From assembly GCA_041739415.1 (NCBI GenBank), contig JBGSNU010000035.1, positions 27,031 through 91,030 of the forward strand: 64,000 nt of DNA. The letters run 5' to 3'. The notes below the pieces were generated by a model. That model searched no databases and had not been told where the DNA came from. It saw only the letters and a program-made list of their open reading frames with translations. The position numbers and the translations under genes were made by a program. Source of the stretch: Bdellovibrionales bacterium. Its GTDB lineage: Bacteria; Bdellovibrionota; Bdellovibrionia; Bdellovibrionales; UBA1609. Shown one piece after another: positions 26,755 to 34,501 of the stretch (position 1 is its first letter; every line of letters begins with the position of its first letter).

Positions 26755-27846
26755 ATGTCGGGTATGGATAAATCGTTGCATTTGCCTCCAGGTGAGGAAC
26801 AAACAAGTCTACCAACTTCAGCGACTCAGGCCACATTGATGGGCCCAGCGACTGGAACCATGGTCTCAGAGAACAAACGAATCGTCTACAAGTCGGAGGT
26901 CATGCGTCAGCTGATGCGAATGATCGAGCGAGTAGCGCCAAGTCAAGCCACAGTGCTTGTGCTCGGTGAGAGTGGAACAGGCAAGGAGCTTGTGGCTAAC
27001 GCCATTCACGAGCGTTCAAACCGTCGCAGCAAGCCGTTTATCGCCATCAACTGTGGCGCCCTTCGTGAGACTCTCCTAGAGAGCGAGTTGTTCGGGCACG
27101 AGAAAGGTGCGTTCACTGGCGCCTACACACGAAAAATCGGTCTCGCCGAAGTGGCTAACGGTGGAACTCTCTTTCTCGACGAGATTGGCGAGTTGACTCC
27201 AGGTATTCAAGCTAAACTTTTGCGATTTTTGCAAGAGGGTGAAATCTATCGTGTGGGTGGTAAAGATCCCATTCGCGTCGACATTCGGTTGATCAGCGCG
27301 ACCAACAAAGAGTTGGACAAAGAGGTTTTGCGCGGCACTTTTCGCGAAGACCTATTTTATCGCATCAACACCATTATGGTTCAATCGCCGCCGCTCCGTC
27401 GTCGCAAAGAGGACATTCCGGCATTGATCGAACACTTTCTGAGCACCAACTTAAACGGTTACCTCAACCGAGGGCGCCAGATGAGTGAGGACGCAGCCAA
27501 GATCATGATGAAATATGACTGGCCAGGCAATATTCGTGAATTGCAAAACGTTTGCGAGCGCTTGCAGATCTTGTCTGAAGGACATGTGATCATGCCGACA
27601 GATTTGCCAGATCAAATCCGCAGCCCCGACCAAAAAATCGTGGTGGATGATTATGATCCTACGCTCACCATTCACGAGCTCGAGAAGCGCTACATCTTGA
27701 AGGCCTTAAACTATTTCGATGGCAACAAGACTCAGGCCGCCAACGCTCTCGGTATCACGATCAAGACTCTTTACAACAAGCTGCACGAGTATGGAGAGTT
27801 CGAGCGCTACGCTGTGCACTCCAAGCCCGTCGCCACTGGCAAATAA
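26755..27846 (+). CDS. Sigma-54-dependent transcriptional activator lacking an N-terminal sensory/receiver domain
   Basis: 363 aa. The AAA+ core starts near aa 45 (Walker A GESGTGKE, GAFTGA loop EKGAFTGA, Walker B LFLDEIGE). C-terminal Fis-type HTH KTQAANALGITIKTLYNKL. Only ~40 non-conserved residues precede the AAA+ domain. Confidence 0.88.
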   Translation: MSGMDKSLHLPPGEEQTSLPTSATQATLMGPATGTMVSENKRIVYKSEVMRQLMRMIERVAPSQATVLVLGESGTGKELVANAIHERSNRRSKPFIAINCGALRETLLESELFGHEKGAFTGAYTRKIGLAEVANGGTLFLDEIGELTPGIQAKLLRFLQEGEIYRVGGKDPIRVDIRLISATNKELDKEVLRGTFREDLFYRINTIMVQSPPLRRRKEDIPALIEHFLSTNLNGYLNRGRQMSEDAAKIMMKYDWPGNIRELQNVCERLQILSEGHVIMPTDLPDQIRSPDQKIVVDDYDPTLTIHELEKRYILKALNYFDGNKTQAANALGITIKTLYNKLHEYGEFERYAVHSKPVATGK

Positions 27847-27864
27847 TTCAAGTGCCTTCGGATT

Positions 27865-27890
27865 CGCAACTCTGTTTTGGCAGAGTTGCG
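27865..27890 (+). terminator. Perfect 10-bp hairpin downstream of the sigma-54 activator gene (no U-tract)
   Basis: CGCAACTCTG (27865-27874) / CAGAGTTGCG (27881-27890) with a 6-nt loop. There is no T-run on either side, so terminator function is uncertain. Confidence 0.3.
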
Positions 27891-27979
27891 AGAGTCTCCG
27901 CCGCAAATGTTTGGCTTGACGCGCACCGGTTGTGATAGACCTTCAGTCGACGGTAAATCGAACTTGAAGGAGCTATGCA

Positions 27980-28447
27980 ATGAACATTGGTCAAAAATTC
28001 TGTGAATTTTCTCTGCAAAACCAAGATGGCAAAACCAAAACGCTACAAGACTACGCCGGCAAATGGTTAGTTCTTTATGTCTATCCCAAAGATGACACTC
28101 CCGGATGCACAATTCAGGGTAAGTCCTTCACCGCAACCAAGGCTGAATTTGAACGCCTCGGTGTGACTGTTGTGGGAGTCAGCCAAGATGACGTGAAGTC
28201 ACACAAAGATTTTTGCACGAAGTATTCGTTCACGGTTGAGCTGTTAGCAGATCCCCAAGCGACGTTGTTAAAAAGTGCGGGTGTCGGTCAAAGCGAATAC
28301 AAAGGCACGATGTATTGGAATCGCACGACGTTCCTGATCGATCCAAAAGGCAACCTGAAAAAGCAGTACGACAACGTTAAGCCCGATGGGCACGAGCAAG
28401 TTCTGCTAAACGATATTCAGGAGATGAAGAAGACAGACTCCAACTAG
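27980..28447 (+). CDS. bcp: Thiol peroxidase / peroxiredoxin Bcp
   Basis: 155 aa. AhpC/TSA motif YVYPKDDTPGCTIQ with the peroxidatic Cys. GGAG lies upstream of the ATG. Confidence 0.88.
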   Translation: MNIGQKFCEFSLQNQDGKTKTLQDYAGKWLVLYVYPKDDTPGCTIQGKSFTATKAEFERLGVTVVGVSQDDVKSHKDFCTKYSFTVELLADPQATLLKSAGVGQSEYKGTMYWNRTTFLIDPKGNLKKQYDNVKPDGHEQVLLNDIQEMKKTDSN

Positions 28448-28476
28448 ACAACAACCGATGGCGAAAAGATAGGAAT

Positions 28477-29091
28477 TCAAAGCTCAAAGAGCATAACGAA
28501 TTTCATCATGGCGCCAATATCAGTAAAGCCGAATCCCATGAGATCCCCAGACTGATGTAGTCCTTCGAAAGTCAGGCGAAACTGGGGGTCGATTTCAAAA
28601 TTGTAGTTGATAAACATTAGCGTTGTGGTCCCCTCTATATTCTTGCTTGATTCACCAGAAATTGCGGAGACCTGTCTTATTTCAAAAGTGTCTTCACTGA
28701 TTCCTCCGCCAAAGCCTAGCTGACCCACGAATAACCCAAGCTTGGCAAATTTAGAAGAACCTTCCATCCTCTCGACGAAATTGGATTTTGTGCTGGTATT
28801 GGTAAGGTCAACTTGTCGGATTCCACCACTGATGAATAAGCCCGATTTCCTGCTCCAGGGTAAGTCTAGGCCGGCCTCTATACCTGGACTCCATCCTCTA
28901 AAACTGGAGCTGTCTGTTGAGCCCTTAAGAACGGAGTAAGAGCCGCCCAGACCAAAGCCAAAGTTCACTCCAAATTCACGACCTTGTCGTTGAGCATGTA
29001 AGGGTGAATGTGAAAATAAACTCAAAGCCACGACAAATAATGCGAGCCGATTCCAAAGCAACTTCGGCAATACGATAGTTTTCCTTCTCAT
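28477..29091 (-). CDS. Small outer-membrane beta-barrel-like protein, function unknown
   Basis: ATG 29091 overlaps the upstream gene's stop (ATGA). Signal peptide MRRKTIVLPKLLWNRLALFVVALSLFSHSPLHA. Gly/Ser-rich alternating strands (FGVNFGFGLGGSYSV, LGLFVGQLGFGGGIS). The track start is 29121. Confidence 0.5.
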   Translation of the reverse strand: MRRKTIVLPKLLWNRLALFVVALSLFSHSPLHAQRQGREFGVNFGFGLGGSYSVLKGSTDSSSFRGWSPGIEAGLDLPWSRKSGLFISGGIRQVDLTNTSTKSNFVERMEGSSKFAKLGLFVGQLGFGGGISEDTFEIRQVSAISGESSKNIEGTTTLMFINYNFEIDPQFRLTFEGLHQSGDLMGFGFTDIGAMMKFVMLFEL

Positions 29092-30164
29092 TCGGAGATA
29101 ACCTTGATGTCCGAAATGCATCTGGAGTACAGCTGGGCTGAGACAAAGGGTTGCGTTCCAATACGAGTCAGAAGGCGAGTATTTGGATTAAAAGAAAATC
29201 GTTCGATATTGTTAAAAGCGGCGTTGCCATTCGCAACAAAGATGTCACCTGTTAGCGGGTCCTCGGTCATGGCTGATGGTCCGTTGACTATGGAGTTATC
29301 ATTGAATGCTGCACTAGCATTGTTAATGATGTTTGTTGTGGCGTTGGCGTCGAAGGCGTAGAGAAAATTGCTAGTGGCTGTGGTGCTGCCATAACTCACA
29401 AGCAGTTGGCCTGAACTGTGTCGAATGAGGTCCGTTGGCAATGCGGTTGTGACTGGAGCGGCCACAGCCGTGAGACAGTCAGGTGCTGCCGCATACCCTG
29501 TGGCAGAAACCATTACGATTTTGTTGTTCGGACTTGCCGCCGCATGGGTGTAAACAATTTTGCCATTGCTTAGGGTTGTAACGCCTGAAATGAGTGTAGC
29601 CGTTGTCGCACATGCGCCGGCAGGCGCGTTGACATAAGGATTGGCTCCTTGAGTTACGCGCGACCTTGCGGAGGAGATCTTTTCGATCGCAGTGGACTTG
29701 CTTATGAGCAGGCTGCTATCCGGCAATCGGACCATTCTTCGCATAGCTGCGCTTAAGGCCGTGGCATTTACCAAATAGGTAGATATGGATTGGCCGTCTT
29801 TCCTGACCAAATCGATTCGTCTGCCGGCTGCATTTTCTACAAGAACCAAAAGATTCTGGGCATCGAACTCTTGAATTGCGATCGGAGCGTCGCCGGGGGC
29901 TATACGGTTATAGTCTATGACCAGACGATCTAAATTTCCAGTTTCTAAGTCGTAGGCCGCTACGGTAAATGCGCCGGTCGATGTTGCGACTCCCCCGGCG
30001 TAACAGCTGCCACTCGCAACATACAAGAACTGTTTAGGATTGGCTTCGGCAAGCTCACGGTCCAATTGATCATTGAAAGACTCTGATTGATCTGAGCAGC
30101 CCGCTAGAAGGCCAAGTAGCAAGTAGGCACTCAAAGTTAAAGGTCTTAAGATTCTCGTTAACAT
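29088..30164 (-). CDS. Lipoprotein, probable beta-propeller fold, function unknown
   Basis: 358 aa. Lipobox LLGLLAGC. Repeated strand-like segments (FLYVASGS, LLVLVENAAG, IVYTHAAAS, LLVSYGSTT, IFVANGNAA) are reminiscent of YncE/lactonase-type propellers. Confidence 0.5.
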   Translation of the reverse strand: MLTRILRPLTLSAYLLLGLLAGCSDQSESFNDQLDRELAEANPKQFLYVASGSCYAGGVATSTGAFTVAAYDLETGNLDRLVIDYNRIAPGDAPIAIQEFDAQNLLVLVENAAGRRIDLVRKDGQSISTYLVNATALSAAMRRMVRLPDSSLLISKSTAIEKISSARSRVTQGANPYVNAPAGACATTATLISGVTTLSNGKIVYTHAAASPNNKIVMVSATGYAAAPDCLTAVAAPVTTALPTDLIRHSSGQLLVSYGSTTATSNFLYAFDANATTNIINNASAAFNDNSIVNGPSAMTEDPLTGDIFVANGNAAFNNIERFSFNPNTRLLTRIGTQPFVSAQLYSRCISDIKVISE

Positions 30165-30216
30165 ACATTTGTATCGGAGCTAAAATTAAGATTCTTAAGA
30201 GTAATGAGGCTAGAAA

Positions 30217-30498
30217 ATGTCGCGCCTAGGCAAGGTGACTCTCCCGCTAGACTCAAGAAATTTTGAATCTTTACCTTAGCCCTGAAGCTGGCCCGTCCTG
30301 CTGTTGATCGCCCATCCCCAGTCCGGGTGGACTGAGCCCAACCCAGGTTGGAGCCGCATAGGTCACACCATGGTGGTGAACTCTAAGGCGAACCAGCTAA
30401 TCTTCACCGACTGGACGTCAAATCTCGCTCGGATATCTGAAATCCTCAAACGCATCGATATTAAGCCCAAGCCATTGGCAAAGGGCCGCGATAAGTAA
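30217..30498 (+). pseudogene. Relic of a secretin N-domain-like gene (single frame interrupted by two stops)
   Basis: One frame reads MSRLGKVTLPLDSRNFESLP-TAG-P-TGA-SWPVLLL...RIGHTMVVNSKANQLIFTDWTSNLARISEILKRIDIKP. The distal part resembles the secretin N-domain pattern (v.D.rtNsLiv......l..i..li..lD). It sits alone on the plus strand between minus-strand genes. Confidence 0.3.
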
Positions 30499-30512
30499 AG
30501 TCGCAAGAGACC

Positions 30513-30881
30513 CTACCAAACGTCCTGAGCTGCGGTTTCATTGGCGTCTTGTTCTCCCACTCTTTCTATTGCTGTGGAGGACTTTGGCAATTTATTTAGC
30601 AGAATGTGTGCATACGCTTTTTGCGCTGTGGTCGAACTCTTGGTTTGTTGAATGCCTTCGAGTTGTTGTCGAAGCTCAGCAAGTTGCTCTGGCGTCACGT
30701 CAGTGACTTCCCCTTCGATTGGTCCCGACTTTTCATGAATAGTCTCGGCAATCTGCTCGAGTTTTTGTCTCACGCTCAGCGTCTCATTTTGAGACCCAAT
30801 CGAAGGGGCTACAACGGCTGCGGATGCTGTGAATGATAAGAACAGAGCTCCAAGTGCAAAAATTTTGAATTGAGCCTTCAT
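30513..30881 (-). CDS. Small exported hypothetical protein (helical)
   Basis: 122 aa. Signal peptide MKAQFKIFALGALFLSFTASAA. Gln/Glu-rich helical remainder with no recognisable motif. Confidence 0.45.
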   Translation of the reverse strand: MKAQFKIFALGALFLSFTASAAVVAPSIGSQNETLSVRQKLEQIAETIHEKSGPIEGEVTDVTPEQLAELRQQLEGIQQTKSSTTAQKAYAHILLNKLPKSSTAIERVGEQDANETAAQDVW

Positions 30882-31090
30882 TTTAGATCCCCTTTGGTTT
30901 TGAATTCGAGTCTTAGTGAATTTAATCTACAAAATGGGTACCAGCTGAAATGCACGCAGACAGGCTCTTGCTGTCGCACCAACGTCATGTATTGGCCTCC
31001 TGCTCACACATCTGGCGACTGTCTATTGTTTGATACACTGTCAATTTGCGGTTCCAATCTTTAGGTCCCTGGCGCTCCCATCGACCAGAT

Positions 31091-31121
31091 GCCACGTGGC
31101 GATATGATTGCAATTGCAATC
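31091..31121. promoter_or_regulatory. Candidate operator: perfect 16-bp palindrome GATTGCAATTGCAATC preceded by 10-bp palindrome GCCACGTGGC
   Basis: GCCACGTGGC lies at 31091-31100 and GATTGCAATTGCAATC at 31106-31121, both perfectly self-complementary. They sit 95 nt upstream of the ATG of the 31217 operon, in the 335-bp divergent intergenic region. Confidence 0.4.
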
Positions 31122-31216
31122 GCAAAATAGACTGTCCCTCTTGTTTGTATGAACACCATTTGAAATATTGGGTGAGCGATTGATTCAATTTCGAATCACG
31201 CAGAAGGAGTTGCAGA

Positions 31217-31816
31217 ATGTACCGAATCATTTTGTCTGGGCTAATAGGAGCTATGCCGTTTGTCAGTCACGCCTTGGTCGTGGATAAGCTGGAGTGTAAT
31301 CTCAGAATCCAAGAGGTGAATTCAGACAAGTTTGCGGAGACTCGTCAAGAAGTGGCCCTAGCGCGCCTGCCGGCGCGGTCAACTAGAAAAGGGGTGAAGC
31401 TGACCACAGCGAGTTCAACAGGTCATCTGGAGCTGAGCGGCCCCGGGGGCCATTATTTTGCTGATTTGAATATCGAATCGAGACACGCCACTTTATCTGA
31501 TACTGCCGGTCGCCCAGTTGAGGCTCGGCAGTACATCTGCCTTTCAACTCCCGCTGGATTTTGTGAAGACAGAGTTTCTGAAAATGGAGGGAAAGGTAAG
31601 TGTTTAGCGATCTCAAAGCATTGTCATGTTGCGAATGACCCATTTGACCCGAGCAGACCCCCCCAGCTGGATTGGACACCCGTTCCGTTAGTTGGTGGAA
31701 TCCCTGGGTTTGCCCGTGAACTCATTCCTTCGACGGTGGGTCGAATTTTCAATGAAAGACGCGAGGAAGTTGCAACTTTTTCTGCGAGCTGCCAGTTCGA
31801 GGGGACCTACAGGTAA
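31217..31816 (+). CDS. Exported Cys-containing hypothetical protein
   Basis: 199 aa. GAAGGAG lies 8 nt upstream. Signal peptide MYRIILSGLIGAMPFVSHA. 6 Cys. The stop overlaps the next gene's ATG by 1 nt (TAATG). Confidence 0.55.
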   Translation: MYRIILSGLIGAMPFVSHALVVDKLECNLRIQEVNSDKFAETRQEVALARLPARSTRKGVKLTTASSTGHLELSGPGGHYFADLNIESRHATLSDTAGRPVEARQYICLSTPAGFCEDRVSENGGKGKCLAISKHCHVANDPFDPSRPPQLDWTPVPLVGGIPGFARELIPSTVGRIFNERREEVATFSASCQFEGTYR

Positions 31817-32646
31817 TGGAACTCAGCTCGACCGTTGTCCCCCCTGTGGCTCGGCCGGTGGTGTATGATTACACGTCACCGGCCGCTTTTTTGCGCGACA
31901 TGCTCAGATTCTACAAGGCGCGTGGATCGTTTAGCTTACGCCAGCGAGCTCGAATGCCCGGGGCATGCTCGCAAACTTTAGTTTCTCAAATTTTGAAGGG
32001 GACTCGGCAGCTCAATCGAGAGAACCTGGTTGCGATCGCGCAGATGTTTCGGTTGCATGAGCTTGAAGTGAAGCACATCGATCAACAACTGCGGTTGCAA
32101 CTCCAGCCGGTCGATGTTCCCAATTCTAAAACTGAGATTCAGCGCCGCCGGTCTCCGCAAAATCATCTTCTGGCCGATTGGTTGCATCCATACGTGAAGG
32201 ATTTAATTCACCTGGGTGGCTTTTCAAAAGAACCGCAGCGACTCTTCGCCATGCTGAAAGGTGTGGCGTCACCCCTCCGTATTCAGCGATCGGTAGAGTT
32301 TCTATTGCGTGAGGGATTTTGGCGTTTCGATCAGAAGGGTCGGGTGGTGATCAATGATGATCTGGTCATCACGTCAAGCGGCATACCCAATGATAAAATT
32401 CGGGCCTTTCACAAGCGGGCACTAGCTATAGCAATGCGAGGTGTAGATCTCTACTCCGTCGATCGGCGAAAAGCTTCGACGGTGCTCGTGTCTGTAGATT
32501 CTGAAAATTTAACGGAACTCAAAGATCTTATCGATTCCTTTCAGCACCAGTTACTGGATTTCATTCAGCGGAATCCTCAAGGCAAAGACGCCTTGATGCA
32601 AGTGGCAATTCATCTCACTCCCATAGGAGAATCTTGTGAAAAATAG
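31816..32646 (+). CDS. TIGR02147 family protein (N-terminal HTH, DUF4423-type C-terminus), putative transcriptional regulator
   Basis: 276 aa. The N-terminus YDYTSPAAFLRDMLRFYKARGSFSLRQRARMPGACSQTLVSQILKGTRQLNRENLVAIAQMFRLHELE fits my recollection of the family pattern (Y.dy..fL.d.y......fS.r.fa...g..s...l..il.G.r.L). Confidence 0.65.
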   Translation: MELSSTVVPPVARPVVYDYTSPAAFLRDMLRFYKARGSFSLRQRARMPGACSQTLVSQILKGTRQLNRENLVAIAQMFRLHELEVKHIDQQLRLQLQPVDVPNSKTEIQRRRSPQNHLLADWLHPYVKDLIHLGGFSKEPQRLFAMLKGVASPLRIQRSVEFLLREGFWRFDQKGRVVINDDLVITSSGIPNDKIRAFHKRALAIAMRGVDLYSVDRRKASTVLVSVDSENLTELKDLIDSFQHQLLDFIQRNPQGKDALMQVAIHLTPIGESCEK

Positions 32647-33664
32647 TCTTGTTTTTTTGATAGAAATTCTAGTTGCAGTTTGGGGGAGCTTTGCTCTCGC
32701 TTCCGGCACCGTTATTGGCAATGGCGGCGACCCGGTCTTGCAGTTTTTAGAAGCTGCGAGATATTCGATGTTAGAGACCACAAAAGTTTTTTTGAATGAC
32801 GCCGATGCAAGTCAGAACTTTTGTCAGACCCAGCAGATCGATGACTCACAAAAGGACTTTTGCCAAGAGTTTTTGCGCGCCACTGCCCAGTCGATTTTGC
32901 GGAAGGGTTACAACGAAAAAAAGTTTAAGTTTGTCCTCAGGTCTCAGCCCCTGCACGTCGTGGGCCCCGACGGAGCTCCGATGGTCGTGGCGGCGAGAAC
33001 GACACTGGGGCCGGAGGGGCCGATCGAGTTCCATAGAGACTCCGTCAAGTCGATGCTACCCACCCAACTTTTGTTCTTGATCGTGCATGAGTACCTACAC
33101 AAAGTTGAGTTTCAAAATTCCTACGTCGATGACAACACGCCGATTGGCCCCTTTTCTTCGGGTCGCGACCTATTAGATGCTGTAGCACTTGCGTTGGTGA
33201 AGCTGGCTAGTGACACGGGCCGGGTTGGTAACCGCTTTGGTATTCAAGATAGTTTCAACTGCAAGGTGAATGTCGGTGGTGCGGGCCTAAATGTCACCCT
33301 CCTGACCAATCGCCTTTTTTTGAGCGCGGACCTGATGCAATATGAAACCAACATAGGGCAAAGTCCGAACGACGCCCAACTTTCTGTAGACGAAGACTCT
33401 GCCAATCAGCTGCATTTTCGCATGCGTATTTTTGAGCCGGGTAACTGTGGTGATCCGGACTCTCAGCGTAAAACGGACTTATCTATTGTGCGGGTGACGA
33501 GTCTTGAAAACGGAGAGTTGCAAGAGGAGCTGCTATCCAGTCAATCGACGTTTACCAATCCTATATGTGCAGGCAATAGCAAATCGGTGGAGTTAGCCTA
33601 CGATCAGGTGAAATTTAAATGCTCGTATTTTGGATCCTCTGGAACAACATCCTTTGAAGATTAG
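32636..33664 (+). CDS. Exported hypothetical protein with a single HExxH motif
   Basis: 342 aa. The GTG start overlaps the upstream gene by 11 nt. Signal peptide, then GTVIGNGGDP. LLFLIVHEYLHKVEF contains HEYLH (HExxH) in a hydrophobic context. No clear third zinc ligand was identified. Confidence 0.5.
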   Translation: MKNSLVFLIEILVAVWGSFALASGTVIGNGGDPVLQFLEAARYSMLETTKVFLNDADASQNFCQTQQIDDSQKDFCQEFLRATAQSILRKGYNEKKFKFVLRSQPLHVVGPDGAPMVVAARTTLGPEGPIEFHRDSVKSMLPTQLLFLIVHEYLHKVEFQNSYVDDNTPIGPFSSGRDLLDAVALALVKLASDTGRVGNRFGIQDSFNCKVNVGGAGLNVTLLTNRLFLSADLMQYETNIGQSPNDAQLSVDEDSANQLHFRMRIFEPGNCGDPDSQRKTDLSIVRVTSLENGELQEELLSSQSTFTNPICAGNSKSVELAYDQVKFKCSYFGSSGTTSFED

Positions 33665-33706
33665 TCTCAATGTGGCAAGTTCTCGCCCGTCGTACTTGCT
33701 CACCAA

Positions 33707-33748
33707 ATAAAAAAACCCATATCTATAAAAATAGATATGGGTTTTATT
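33707..33748. terminator. Bidirectional rho-independent terminator between convergent genes
   Basis: AAAAAAA-AACCCATATCTAT-AAAA-ATAGATATGGGTT-TTATT: a 13-bp perfect stem (33714-33726 / 33731-33743) with an A-run on one side and a T-run on the other. Confidence 0.8.
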
Positions 33749-33794
33749 CTAAATCACAAAATGCAGTCACGACCAGCGGACGGGTAGGGCTAAC

Positions 33795-34277
33795 TTAGAA
33801 GTAACCTTCGTCATCATCGCTGTCGTCGTCGTCGACTAGCTCTTCGTCGTCGTCAAATGATTCGACTTCAGCTTCGGCTAGGACATCATCTTCTGCGATA
33901 TCAGCGTCGCCTTCCATAGTTTCGCTCATGGATTCGAAGTCTACAGTCTCATCGTCCTCTATCACGTTCGTCGCGTAGGGGTTCGTAGCGGCCAGACCAG
34001 TCGCAGCGGCTCCAACGGCACCAAATTTTTTGGCTTTAGAAGCACTTGATTTTTTCGGAGAAGACTTCTTTTTCGTTGCGGCTTTCGCTGTGGCTTTTTT
34101 CGTAGCCGTTTTCTTCGTCGCCTTTACAGCCTTTTTAGCTGTAGCTTTTTTTGTCGTGCCCTTAGAGGCTTTTTTCGTGGCTTTCTTCGCCGTTGTCTTG
34201 ACCGCTTTTTTAGCTGTAGCTTTTTTTGTCGTCGCTTTTTTAGCGGCTTTCTTAGTCGCTTTTTTCTTCTTAGCCAT
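33795..34277 (-). CDS. Histone-H1-like Lys/Ala-rich protein with strongly acidic C-terminal tail
   Basis: 160 aa from ATG 34277 (GGGAG 8 nt upstream; the track start is 34292). The N-terminal ~85 aa are AKKA/TKKA repeats. The C-terminal ~60 aa are Asp/Glu-rich (EVESFDDDEELVDDDDSDDDEGYF). Confidence 0.75.
   Translation of the reverse strand: MAKKKKATKKAAKKATTKKATAKKAVKTTAKKATKKASKGTTKKATAKKAVKATKKTATKKATAKAATKKKSSPKKSSASKAKKFGAVGAAATGLAATNPYATNVIEDDETVDFESMSETMEGDADIAEDDVLAEAEVESFDDDEELVDDDDSDDDEGYF
34083..34232 (-). repeat. Two tandem 75-nt (25-aa) repeat units inside the Lys/Ala-rich gene
   Basis: Units TTKKATAKKAVKTTAKKATKKASKG and TTKKATAKKAVKATKKTATKKATAK. At the DNA level the 25-nt string TTTTAGCTGTAGCTTTTTTTGTCGT occurs at 34133-34157 and again exactly 75 nt later. 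Confidence 0.85.
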
Positions 34278-34423
34278 TGAAAAACTCCCCATTGAATATC
34301 CGGTTGATCGGTAACCTTGGATGTAGTGTCAAATCCTAACTACAATTCGATTTTCTGCCTAGGGATTTATGTCAGCGAATGCTTGATAGTCGAGGGGGTA
34401 TGGCTATGATGAAGCGAAGCATC

Positions 34424-34457
34424 AAAAAAGGAAACCCGGCTGAGAGGAGCCGGGTTT
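34424..34457 (-). terminator. Rho-independent terminator of the flagellin gene
   Basis: Minus strand reads AAACCCGGCT-CCTCTC-AGCCGGGTTT followed by CCTTTTTT, about 45 nt after the flagellin stop. A second small hairpin (GAGGC/GCCTC) precedes it. Confidence 0.8.
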
Positions 34458-34501
34458 CATGGAATCGAGGCCAAGAGAGCCTCTGACCTCAAATTCCTAA
34501 A

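Noticed and set aside
34030-34314. 94-aa plus-strand ORF made almost only of F/A/V
   Set aside because: It is simply the reverse complement of the AAG/GCT-rich Lys/Ala repeat gene. The minus-strand gene has the SD and terminator.
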